DNA of 64,000 nucleotides from a virus. The notes below the pieces were generated by a model that had not been told where the DNA came from, did no database searches, and saw only the letters and a list, made by a program, of their open reading frames with translations. A program made the position numbers and the translations under genes. The stretch's first letter is position 1. The number at the start of each line of letters is the position of its first letter. This document shows positions 1-8,764 of the stretch, in pieces. Where the stretch lies: positions 64,001 to 128,000 of IMG/VR virus record IMGVR_UViG_3300049489_001303. One strand, 5' to 3'.

Positions 1-90
1 TTGAAAGCTGACTTTGTTACAGGCCCCCTGAGCTTGTGCTCTTCAGGCAGGTGCTGATTGATCAGATAGCGTCCGTAGGTTTCAGACTTT

Positions 91-1515
91 TCAGCCATTG
101 CTGCGCCCTCGGAAGGTATCGTAGTGGAGACCCTGACCCATAGCACTTACCGCGGTAGACCAGCTGACCGGAGAATTCAGACGCTGCTCAGACGCTGTTT
201 GACCTTCAGTGCTATTATCGCTGTCTCTACGCGGACCCGGCGCTACCATCTTCTGCATGGCACCTACCAGATCTTGCACAGCTTCGGTATCCCGGGAAGG
301 TTCATTCTCAGCAGAGACTCCGGCGATGTCCAGACCCATTTTTTGAAACGCAGCTTCGTACCCAAGCTGATAAGCTGATTTTTCCATTGAGGTGCCTCTC
401 TGCAATAACCACTTGTCCCCGTGAGTTCTGAATATAGTATAGCTCTCATTGGAGGATTCGCGCTTGAATTTTACAGTGTCATCCGTGACCTTCTCTACCA
501 GGATAGGCTCTTTAACAACGATCTGTACAGTGCCTTTACCGTATCCCTTACCTATCTGCTGCGGCCCCGCGGCCCCGAAATTCATAGCATAGTGTGATGT
601 ATGTGTCGGAGTCCTGACTGCCAGAAGTTTCTCCCCCGCGGCAGGCAACTTCGCTTTAGGGATAGCCCAGGAGTGCGCATAGGAGGTTCCCGGGTCTACC
701 AGGCGAAGGTCCCAGTGTAGTCCAGCCTTGTCGGCGTGATGTTCCTGGATAACCAGCGTCCATGTCTGCCCTGTACCTTTGGCCGGAAGCGCGTACATCC
801 TTCTGGACCGCGGTACCCCCGGAGCGAACTCTTTCTCTTTCAGGATCCTTGCTACGTCGGCGTGATGGGGCTCGAAGTTGCGGAGTTCCCGTTCAGTCAG
901 TGGCACAGCTACCCGGCCAGTCTCGCTGTTGAGGGAATATTCAGCCCTCAGCGCCCCCATGTTGTGGAACGTGGAGGTGTCGAGCCGTATCTGGTTCGGC
1001 TTTGGGGGCTTCAACACCAGCGGCCCCTTGGCCAGCGGCTTCAAGGTGGCTTCCACAATAGCCCGGACTTTGTCTGTGGGCATCTTCCTGTGCAGATCCC
1101 CGCGCACATGAAACCCGCGCCCACCCGAGTACGTTATCCGGGTGTCTGAAATCTCAGGAACAGTCCCCAGCGCCTGGGCCACCTGCTGAGTCACGCGTTT
1201 CGTCTCATCAAAAGAAACGTCCTTGCCCGGATCTATATCCACCCAGGCTGTCCGTGTGTTCCTCCCTATTGATGGATGGAACTCAGAGTAACGCCGATCG
1301 GTGTACCAAGCCAAATCCTGGGGGTTACTGGTATCACCCTTGGCATCCAGAATCTTGATAGGCTTCCCATCGGCGGCGTTGCGGCGCATGATGAGATTAT
1401 TGTCCCCACGATCCATCACTGCCAGCAGGGGCCTGTTCTGAACCTGTGACAGAATGGCTTCACGTACATGTGGGTCTGAGTAGTACTCAGCGATATCGTG
1501 TTTGGACAACGCCAT
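91..1515 (-). CDS. LigD-like AEP primase-polymerase fused to a LigD 3'-phosphoesterase domain (no ligase domain)
   Basis: AEP motifs WVDIDPG (DxD), YSGGRGFHV (SGxxGxH) and IRLD. Phosphoesterase signature VIQEHHA..GLHWDLRL...AHSWAIPK. The start overlaps the RNAP stop by 1 nt. Confidence 0.85.
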   Translation of the reverse strand: MALSKHDIAEYYSDPHVREAILSQVQNRPLLAVMDRGDNNLIMRRNAADGKPIKILDAKGDTSNPQDLAWYTDRRYSEFHPSIGRNTRTAWVDIDPGKDVSFDETKRVTQQVAQALGTVPEISDTRITYSGGRGFHVRGDLHRKMPTDKVRAIVEATLKPLAKGPLVLKPPKPNQIRLDTSTFHNMGALRAEYSLNSETGRVAVPLTERELRNFEPHHADVARILKEKEFAPGVPRSRRMYALPAKGTGQTWTLVIQEHHADKAGLHWDLRLVDPGTSYAHSWAIPKAKLPAAGEKLLAVRTPTHTSHYAMNFGAAGPQQIGKGYGKGTVQIVVKEPILVEKVTDDTVKFKRESSNESYTIFRTHGDKWLLQRGTSMEKSAYQLGYEAAFQKMGLDIAGVSAENEPSRDTEAVQDLVGAMQKMVAPGPRRDSDNSTEGQTASEQRLNSPVSWSTAVSAMGQGLHYDTFRGRSNG

Positions 1516-4500
1516 CAGTCTTCACCGGTGATACGCACATGAGTTCCCATGTCTATCTTACCTTCACGGTAGGCCTTAGCAGCTTCCCCCTTGTTCTTGA
1601 AAGTCTTTACGGGGCCATGTTTATCCTCGTTAGAGGCATGAGCTATTCCCATGATAGCTTCGTGGCCGGGGAAGGCATATAAGTCGGACTTGTTCTTGTC
1701 CCCATAGAGCAGCTTGCCCATGGTGAGGCCTTTGACCTCTTCCACAGCTTTGGCGCCGACGGGGACGTGAATCATCATTGTATCACCGTCGTAATCAGAA
1801 TTGGTACCCGATTCAACGAAAGGACTGATACGTATGGTTTTCCCGGGTGCAATCTTCGGGTATGCTCCCACCAAGCTGTAGCGGTGGAGCGTAGGGGCAC
1901 GATTCATCAACACCGGCCGCTCAGCCATCTCCTTCAAAAGGATCTGCTTAGCGGCGTGATGATGGGACTTGACCATTTCTTTGGCTTCAAGCGCGGGATA
2001 GCCATTGGCTACAAGACCCTTCACTATGAAATTGGCATACATCTCCCAGAGCATCGATTCAGGCAGACCGATCTCGTTCATACTCAAGGTGTTGTCCGGG
2101 ACGATTGTACCGCGGCCGGCGAGGTCCTGTCTCCGCTTCATAATCTTGGAGTTGAAGAAGCCTTCCTTGGGAGTATTCTCACCTGAGATGTACGTCAGGA
2201 AGCCCTTGTGTTCTCGAGCTTTGGATTTGGATGATATGGGATCATCCGTGCCGTATACAGCCCCAACAGCTTGCTGCAGTGCTGGGCGGAGTTTCTTCTC
2301 CTCGGAGGGCAGGAGGCCAGACTTCTTGAGTTCTTTGAACTGCTTATTCGTGTAGATCAGATCTCTGTACAACGGGTTGATATCCCCGTACATGATCTCT
2401 TGATTACCGCGACCTGGAATAACGGGGCGCATGACCGGAGGCACAACAGGCACTACGCTTATCGTGTAGGCCTTATCCGGAGACAACTTCATCTTCTGCA
2501 AAGCGTGAATGTACTTCAGCTGCTTGACCTCATCGTCCAGAGAGGTGGCCGACTTGGTCTTCATACTGGCCCGGATCTCTTTTTCCTTCTTAACCAGGTC
2601 AAGCTTGCGAAGCTGGTCCTGAATGTGGCGGCCACCCTTTTCTTTGAGAACGTCATCCAGTTCGGTGCCGGTCATCCCGAGCAACCGACGGACGGGCTCC
2701 TTGAAAATAGGGTTCACCACTGGCTCCACCAGCTTGATATGCCCCCAATTGGTCCCTGAGAGTCCGCCCGTAACAGCGGGGTCGAACAGACCACCGGTCT
2801 CGGGGGCGAAGTTCTTGGCTTTAATCAGGGTAGGTTCTTTGATCTCCCCCATCGACATCTCCATGACATCGGCATCGGTGAGAGGTGATGCGCTGAGCAC
2901 GCTCTTATCCCGGGTGACTTTGACTCCAGCACCAGTCAGCATATGCATGAGCTTATCATAAGCGAAAGGCGCCTTAACCGGCGGCGTCGGGTAGCCCAAC
3001 TGAACCGCTCTCCAGTACTCATCGTTCTTCTGGCTTTTAAGTGTCGCAGCTTCCTGCAGAACGTTACGTGCATTGTGGGCTACCAGAGCATCAAACTCCA
3101 TCTTACCATAGGCCTTCGAGCTCTCGGAACCACCCTTGATGGGCTGCTGATTTACGTCGTAACCACCTTCAGTACCGCGGCCACTGAAATTGGACTCAGT
3201 GGTCTTCATGAGCTTAAGGATGTACTGCCTACCCACAAACACTTTGGGGATAGTCTTCCCCGAGCGCGGGTCAAACATATCCTCTTTGTCTTTGATATCG
3301 TGCTTTTTGAGAAGATCCTTGGCCCACTGCACATTGTCACGGCCCGTCAGGTTCTCCACTACGATGGGCTTGCCAGTCTTCTCGACGACCTTGCCCACTG
3401 CGTTCTCTATAATCTGGGAAGGGTTGGCGCGGCTGACAACGCCGGCGGACGTCAAGATGACATCCACGGTGTTACCCGCCTCATCCTTGAGCATCTGGTC
3501 ATCCGGAACTATCTCGGAAACAACCCCTTTACCACCATACCTGTTGGCTAATTTATCCCCGACTGATACAGGTTCCCTGGTTTTAATCGTAATGGCGACA
3601 CGCTTAGGGGTCTTCACCACGTCGATAACTTCGCCCTCGTGCTCATGATCCCAGAGCTGCATCTGCTCACGGTAAGGCTTCACCAGTGATTTATGGAGCC
3701 GCCCCAGCATCAGGTCGTCGGAAGTCAGGGTGGCTTTACGCAGACCGGCTACCAGCGGGTCGCCCGGCTTAACGATGGTTCCCGGTTTGATAAGACCATC
3801 GTCTGTAAGCTTGCTATACTGATCAGCCGTGTACTTGTGTCCGTAGTAGGACCGGTGATGTGCGGCGTGCAAAGACAGGTCGGCGTCCCGGGGAATCACG
3901 ATCTTGTACATGCGCTCAGAGGTCAGCTTCTTGGCGGCACCCTCACTGACAACGATAGCGTCATTGGAGTTGGCACCGTAGTAGGGCATGTAGGCTACAG
4001 ACAAATTCTTACCCAGAGCCATCCGCTGATCTTTGGTGAAGTTTGACTCTGTGAGCTGCGTCTTCGGGGTGACATCGTCACCCACCTGGACGCGGGGGGT
4101 CTGAGTTAAGTGGGTCTTGGACGCCAAGGGGAAGTGCGTCATGTAAGGCACCTTCACAACGTCATCGTCCTTCTTGGCTGTCTTTTCATGCGCTTTATGC
4201 GCCCCGGCTTTGTGCGGCTTGATGTGAATATGGCTGCCGTCAATGTGCACCACTTTACCGTGTATGGGGGAGCGAGCATTCGTGTGCCAGGCCAGCTCCT
4301 CTTCCATCGGTCGGCCATTGGGGCCCATAACCTGCACATACGGAGCCTCTCTGTCCACCAGCCCCAGAGCCTGGGTCTGCATCTTGGAGCCCATCACCGA
4401 TCGGTTCCCCTGCAGAGACTCGATGAAGGGTATCAGGTTAGTGGTCGGGCCGTAGGTGTATGACGTGTGCGGCATCTGATACTTAACCTTCGAGGCATGC

Positions 4501-5900
4501 ACATGGCGAATCTGGCCATCCTGCAGGGCATCAACCATGCCCTTCAGCTCCTGATTGGGGAACGCCACAATCTCATCCTGCATGGCGCCGGCACGGACAG
4601 CCCCCAGCTTACCCGTCTTCACGTCGATAACCGGGACGTAGATATTGTTGTCCTTGTCCTTGGAAACACCCAGAGCCGCACGGAGGTCAACACCAGCACG
4701 GAAGGTGTCTGGGGTTCGGAAAGGGTCCAGTGCGCCGATGTGGGTGGGGTGCTTCTGCCGGGCTTCCATGGGGATAGCCCGATCGGTACCGATGCCACCC
4801 TCTCCCATAGCAGTCACGCGCACCGCGGAGTCCCAGAGGTCCATGGGATTCGTCTGTGTTGGGACAGTCACCAGCTGTGAGCTGTTGATAAAGCGGAGGA
4901 TGCCCCCGGTGAAAGGCCCCGCCGGCAGAGCCTTGCGGAGCTCGGGAGCTGTTTCCATTTTGAGAATAGCTTTACGCCCGACATCACGAGCATCCAGCTT
5001 GATACGCTCTTTGAAAAAGTCATCCGGCCCGTAAATGCCCTTGAAGTCCAGGTTGTCGCGGTCATCGGGATCTGCCGAGTTACGGTAGATGTCGATCAGT
5101 TTCTTGGAAGAGTCGAGAAGAGCTTCCGGAGTAACCGACTTATGTTCCTTGCCCAGAGTTTTAGAGTTAACGTGCGGATCCATACCTTGCGTCGCATAAC
5201 GTGCAAAAATCTCCTTAGCCATAGCCTCGGTATCAGTAGACTCCCGGTGGTATTCCGGAACCATCTTCTTGTACAGAGCGGCGACAGCCTTGTCCTGTTT
5301 ATGTCCTGTTTCTTTCTCATTCTGGGCGGCCAATCGGTCTCCCCAGGCACGCGAAATGTCCTGTTGAGAAACCCCACCAGCGCGGAGGATCGGATACAAC
5401 GGAATCTTGGCCGAGGCATACTCGAGCTGAGGTGTACCCTTGACCGGATCCATCACGATATTGAAGTTGGAACCTGTGCGAGTGTTGAAGTTGGACTCCA
5501 GAACACCATTGGCCCGCTTGCGGGTATACACCCCGGCCTTGGGGCGCACCTGGTTGGAGATGGAATATTCGTTACCCCCCACGATGATGGTGTGGCGATC
5601 AGTAAACCACGGGATCCGGGCCAGAGTGAAGTTGGGCACCTTGTCCACAACCTTACCTTCAGCGTCCTTCATGATCAGCGTTCCGCGGACGTTCTCATAG
5701 AGGGTGTCCCCCTGGAGGATAGCTGCCTTCTGCTCCTCGGGGCTGTAGTCCTTCTCCTGATAGTGCAGGTCCTGAACCTCAAGGGACTTCGAGCGGGACT
5801 TGATAGGAAAGGACTCCTCCAACCCCTCAACAACCTTCTTACGAATCTGCTCCCGGCGTTTCTCCGGATGGTCAATTATCCTTGTCAGTTCTTCGGTCAT
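1515..5900 (-). CDS. DNA-directed RNA polymerase: beta subunit fused to the N-terminal (catalytic) half of beta'
   Basis: Beta motifs HPTHIGALDPFRTPD, LIPFIESLQGNRSVMGSKMQTQA, LGKNLSVAYMPYYGANSNDAI, GDKLANRYGGKGVVS and QQPIKGG..YGKMEFDAL. Beta' motifs GGLFDP, WGHIKL, VPVVPPVMRP, PVLMNRAPTLHR and catalytic NSDYDGD (cf. NADFDGD). SD GGAGG upstream. Confidence 0.95.
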   Translation of the reverse strand: MTEELTRIIDHPEKRREQIRKKVVEGLEESFPIKSRSKSLEVQDLHYQEKDYSPEEQKAAILQGDTLYENVRGTLIMKDAEGKVVDKVPNFTLARIPWFTDRHTIIVGGNEYSISNQVRPKAGVYTRKRANGVLESNFNTRTGSNFNIVMDPVKGTPQLEYASAKIPLYPILRAGGVSQQDISRAWGDRLAAQNEKETGHKQDKAVAALYKKMVPEYHRESTDTEAMAKEIFARYATQGMDPHVNSKTLGKEHKSVTPEALLDSSKKLIDIYRNSADPDDRDNLDFKGIYGPDDFFKERIKLDARDVGRKAILKMETAPELRKALPAGPFTGGILRFINSSQLVTVPTQTNPMDLWDSAVRVTAMGEGGIGTDRAIPMEARQKHPTHIGALDPFRTPDTFRAGVDLRAALGVSKDKDNNIYVPVIDVKTGKLGAVRAGAMQDEIVAFPNQELKGMVDALQDGQIRHVHASKVKYQMPHTSYTYGPTTNLIPFIESLQGNRSVMGSKMQTQALGLVDREAPYVQVMGPNGRPMEEELAWHTNARSPIHGKVVHIDGSHIHIKPHKAGAHKAHEKTAKKDDDVVKVPYMTHFPLASKTHLTQTPRVQVGDDVTPKTQLTESNFTKDQRMALGKNLSVAYMPYYGANSNDAIVVSEGAAKKLTSERMYKIVIPRDADLSLHAAHHRSYYGHKYTADQYSKLTDDGLIKPGTIVKPGDPLVAGLRKATLTSDDLMLGRLHKSLVKPYREQMQLWDHEHEGEVIDVVKTPKRVAITIKTREPVSVGDKLANRYGGKGVVSEIVPDDQMLKDEAGNTVDVILTSAGVVSRANPSQIIENAVGKVVEKTGKPIVVENLTGRDNVQWAKDLLKKHDIKDKEDMFDPRSGKTIPKVFVGRQYILKLMKTTESNFSGRGTEGGYDVNQQPIKGGSESSKAYGKMEFDALVAHNARNVLQEAATLKSQKNDEYWRAVQLGYPTPPVKAPFAYDKLMHMLTGAGVKVTRDKSVLSASPLTDADVMEMSMGEIKEPTLIKAKNFAPETGGLFDPAVTGGLSGTNWGHIKLVEPVVNPIFKEPVRRLLGMTGTELDDVLKEKGGRHIQDQLRKLDLVKKEKEIRASMKTKSATSLDDEVKQLKYIHALQKMKLSPDKAYTISVVPVVPPVMRPVIPGRGNQEIMYGDINPLYRDLIYTNKQFKELKKSGLLPSEEKKLRPALQQAVGAVYGTDDPISSKSKAREHKGFLTYISGENTPKEGFFNSKIMKRRQDLAGRGTIVPDNTLSMNEIGLPESMLWEMYANFIVKGLVANGYPALEAKEMVKSHHHAAKQILLKEMAERPVLMNRAPTLHRYSLVGAYPKIAPGKTIRISPFVESGTNSDYDGDTMMIHVPVGAKAVEEVKGLTMGKLLYGDKNKSDLYAFPGHEAIMGIAHASNEDKHGPVKTFKNKGEAAKAYREGKIDMGTHVRITGED

Positions 5901-5921
5901 GCATTCCTCCGCGGCACACTA

Positions 5922-5950
5922 AGTATAGAGCCTGGGGCCGTAGATGTAAA
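5922..5950 (-). promoter_or_regulatory. sigma70-like promoter upstream of the RNAP gene
   Basis: Minus strand TTTACA-N17-TATACT, 21 nt upstream of the ATG. Confidence 0.6.
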
Positions 5951-6036
5951 ACTAAAACAAGAGGCGGGATTTGGTATAAGATAGTAGACAGCACCCACAG
6001 GATAATCTTGTGGCGGCAACCCTACGGAGGTGTACC

Positions 6037-6201
6037 ATGTGTACACTGATGCTTCTCGCCGCTTTGGCGGCACCCGTTCCCGCACAGTCCCCTGCGCTCG
6101 AAACCCCCTCCGCCCAGGTGGAAACAGCGAAGATGAAACTTCGCAGCAACCCCATGTTCTGGCCCGCCTGGATGTTTCGGCCCTACACCCTTGAGGTGTG
6201 A
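6037..6201 (+). CDS. small hypothetical protein (54 aa) with a signal-peptide-like N-terminus
   Basis: GGAGGT SD 5 nt before ATG 6037. Sequence begins MCTLMLLAALAAPVPAQ. Candidate extended -10 TGGTATAAG at 5972-5980. Confidence 0.45.
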   Translation: MCTLMLLAALAAPVPAQSPALETPSAQVETAKMKLRSNPMFWPAWMFRPYTLEV

Positions 6202-6329
6202 AGCCGCTCGCCTCCTGGATGTAAAACAGCCGGTCACCTGTGTGATAGGCTGTTAACACCCAGGAGGTACTTACATGAAATTTGAGCCTCTGACACCTGC
6301 TATCCCGCCCATCAAACGGTGATAGCTTT

Positions 6330-6360
6330 GAAAGCCTGGAGCAATCCGGGCTTTCTTTTT
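6330..6360 (+). terminator. rho-independent terminator
   Basis: GAAAGCCTGGA-GCAA-TCCGGGCTTTC hairpin followed by TTTTT. Confidence 0.75.
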
Positions 6361-6362
6361 GC

Positions 6363-6914
6363 TCAGTCTTTTTTGAAAGCCTGTTCGACGTTGGGAGGGT
6401 AGATCTGATTTCTTTTGCGTTCTTCCATCAGTCTCTTTATGCGGCGAGCCTCGTCGGGATCCACTTCCATCCATTCCACATGGACAAAGCGAGCCCCCTC
6501 GGTGGGGAAGGGTTCTTTGGAAACGATGGTGCAGTCCCCCTTGAGGTACTTGTCCATGACAGCCTTATATTCTTTGGCCTGGGTGTGGGGGCATTCGTAG
6601 TCGCCATCTTTGACAGGCAGGATGGCATGACCTGAAGCCAACGCATTCTGGCAGCGGGCGCAGGCTTCCCAGTCACGCCATATACAGAACACTTTGCTGT
6701 ACGCCTGATAGGAGCTCTCAACAGAAGCCTTCTCGGGGGGAGTATCTTTCCGAATATGGGGGTTAACCATAGTATCCAGATCGGTTTCCACCGAGAACAT
6801 GGGCCCCAGTTCCAGGGTGTCACCCCCCGGCCCACCCTGGGAAGGCGCGGGTTGGCTGCGGGCGTTATTGGCAATCGCCAGATAGTTGAAGCCTGAGGAT
6901 GTGGGTTGTGGCAT
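6363..6914 (-). CDS. hypothetical protein with CxxC motif
   Basis: 183-aa ORF directly downstream of the portal; CARC...ECPH. Confidence 0.65.
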   Translation of the reverse strand: MPQPTSSGFNYLAIANNARSQPAPSQGGPGGDTLELGPMFSVETDLDTMVNPHIRKDTPPEKASVESSYQAYSKVFCIWRDWEACARCQNALASGHAILPVKDGDYECPHTQAKEYKAVMDKYLKGDCTIVSKEPFPTEGARFVHVEWMEVDPDEARRIKRLMEERKRNQIYPPNVEQAFKKD

Positions 6915-6922
6915 GGTTTATC

Positions 6923-8683
6923 TCACCCCTGTTGCGGCTGACCCGGCCCCTTAGCCTGCTGCTTAAGAGCTTGAGTCTGCTGCTGCTGTGCTGTTTCCAA
7001 CCGTTGAACAACCACAGCATACATGACAAGGTCCTCCGTTTGCAACTGTTTAAGGCGCGATTTGCGTTCACCCTGTTCAAGACCGAGCAACTGTTGAACA
7101 ACCTGGTCGGCCTGAGAGATGACCTGCTGCTGGTTGTAACCCGAGGGACTCTGCTGCGCTTCGGCGTCAACGCGGATCTGCTCAACCATACTGTTCTGGA
7201 TGTCCCTGACAGCACGCTGAGTCTCAATTTCAGAGCGGGATCTATCCAGGGTTTCCTGCTGAATTTTATCACGCTCGTTGTCCAGATCCAGCGTCAGGAG
7301 CTCAGCCATGGTCTGGTCAGAGATCACCTTGACACCGCTCTGATAGCCGCCCTGCCACAGATTGGCCAGAATCTGCTTGGTGGAGAGGTCGTCCGTCATG
7401 CGGAACTTCGCCATACCCACTTCAAGCTTCTCCCACCCCAGAAACGTAGCGCATTTGTCGTCCACCCACTGCAGGAGGTCCAGCAGGTCATTCACATGGG
7501 TTTCGAGTTGGTTCTCAATGAGGCGTAGGGTAGCTTCCATTCCAGAGCCCGTCAGCCCACCATAGATGAATTCTTGCGGGATACCCAAAGCCGAAATGAT
7601 AGCCTTCTCCGCTTCTTGAATTTCACCCAGGGTAAGCAGTGCGCGGCCTTGACCACCAATCTGCACAACGCCAACAGGCACCGGAGCAAACATCATATGC
7701 AGCGGGTCTTTGCGCCACGCAGCCATGTTGGAAACCATGTTGTCTTTCCACTTGGAAAGATTCATCTGGGTTACCGGGTCGCCCACGCCGGAGGCCTGCG
7801 CCGGGTGTATCACGCGGAAAGGCACCAGGTGGTCCAGGGCGATCGCGGTGTTTGCCTTACGCAGAATCGCCGTGTAGTGGAACAGCGACATGACCGAAAG
7901 CAGCGGGGGAAGGCCCCACTGGGGATTGATACCGGCTGGGCCGCCCATCTTCATATGGAAGACGACACCCTTGGAAAACTTGAACTTTTTGTTGGTCTTG
8001 ACGGCTTCCAGGAAACCAATGGGGAGTGTGTCAATCAGGAACTTGTGTCCACTGTTGATGCGCGTGATTATGTCTCTCGGGATGGTGTAGTAGTAGACGG
8101 ACTCCCCCGTGATAGGGTTGTATTCAATATCCATCTGCTTCGGATCCCACCGAATGAAATTGACGTGCTTGGGAGAGGTCAGCTTCTTGTCAATGATGTT
8201 GTCTTTACCTACCCGGCTCTTCTTATTGCAGCTCGGGCAGTCAAAGATGAACTTCAGTTCCTGAATGTTGAACGTGTACGTCAGCGTTTCGATATTGGTC
8301 AGGGTCTGACAGTGGGGGCACCTCAAAAACCGGATGAACGGTTGGTACATGGTTAAGAAGGCGTTCCCGTACACATACTTGTCGAGAGTCGCTTTGATCA
8401 ACAATTCCCGGGCACGCAGTGTCTTTTCCAGAAGGTCTTTATGCTGGCGACGAAGCGACACGTTGCTTGTGTCGTAGGTCACTTCTGTGATAGGATACTC
8501 ACCAAACTTACGGAGGGCTGAGTAGATTTGAGGGCTATTGTAAAAGAGGTACTCGCACCACTTGAAGAGATCCTTCAGCTTTTTTGGTGTGAACGACTGC
8601 GTGAAATCCTGATAGGGGCTGGGGTGGGTGGCAATATTCTGATTAGTCCCCAGCAAACTGTATGTCTCATTTATAGCCATCAA
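6923..8683 (-). CDS. portal protein with zinc-ribbon insertion
   Basis: Portal-like segments DKYVYGNAF and VFHMK...WGLPPLLSV...ILRKAN..IALDHLVP, plus LGIPQEFIYGG and a Q-rich C-terminus. CPHC...CPSC insert. Confidence 0.7.
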   Translation of the reverse strand: MMAINETYSLLGTNQNIATHPSPYQDFTQSFTPKKLKDLFKWCEYLFYNSPQIYSALRKFGEYPITEVTYDTSNVSLRRQHKDLLEKTLRARELLIKATLDKYVYGNAFLTMYQPFIRFLRCPHCQTLTNIETLTYTFNIQELKFIFDCPSCNKKSRVGKDNIIDKKLTSPKHVNFIRWDPKQMDIEYNPITGESVYYYTIPRDIITRINSGHKFLIDTLPIGFLEAVKTNKKFKFSKGVVFHMKMGGPAGINPQWGLPPLLSVMSLFHYTAILRKANTAIALDHLVPFRVIHPAQASGVGDPVTQMNLSKWKDNMVSNMAAWRKDPLHMMFAPVPVGVVQIGGQGRALLTLGEIQEAEKAIISALGIPQEFIYGGLTGSGMEATLRLIENQLETHVNDLLDLLQWVDDKCATFLGWEKLEVGMAKFRMTDDLSTKQILANLWQGGYQSGVKVISDQTMAELLTLDLDNERDKIQQETLDRSRSEIETQRAVRDIQNSMVEQIRVDAEAQQSPSGYNQQQVISQADQVVQQLLGLEQGERKSRLKQLQTEDLVMYAVVVQRLETAQQQQTQALKQQAKGPGQPQQG

Positions 8684-8764
8684 ACGCTCCTTGGAAATTT
8701 TCTAACACATGAGATTTTAAATGAAACGTCTCTATATAGCAACAAACATCGAGGTGACCGCTAA

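Noticed and set aside
1515-5900. Cellular rpoB-rpoC locus
   Set aside because: There are no ribosomal protein neighbours, beta' is truncated and strongly diverged, and the context is portal, terminase and baseplate genes.
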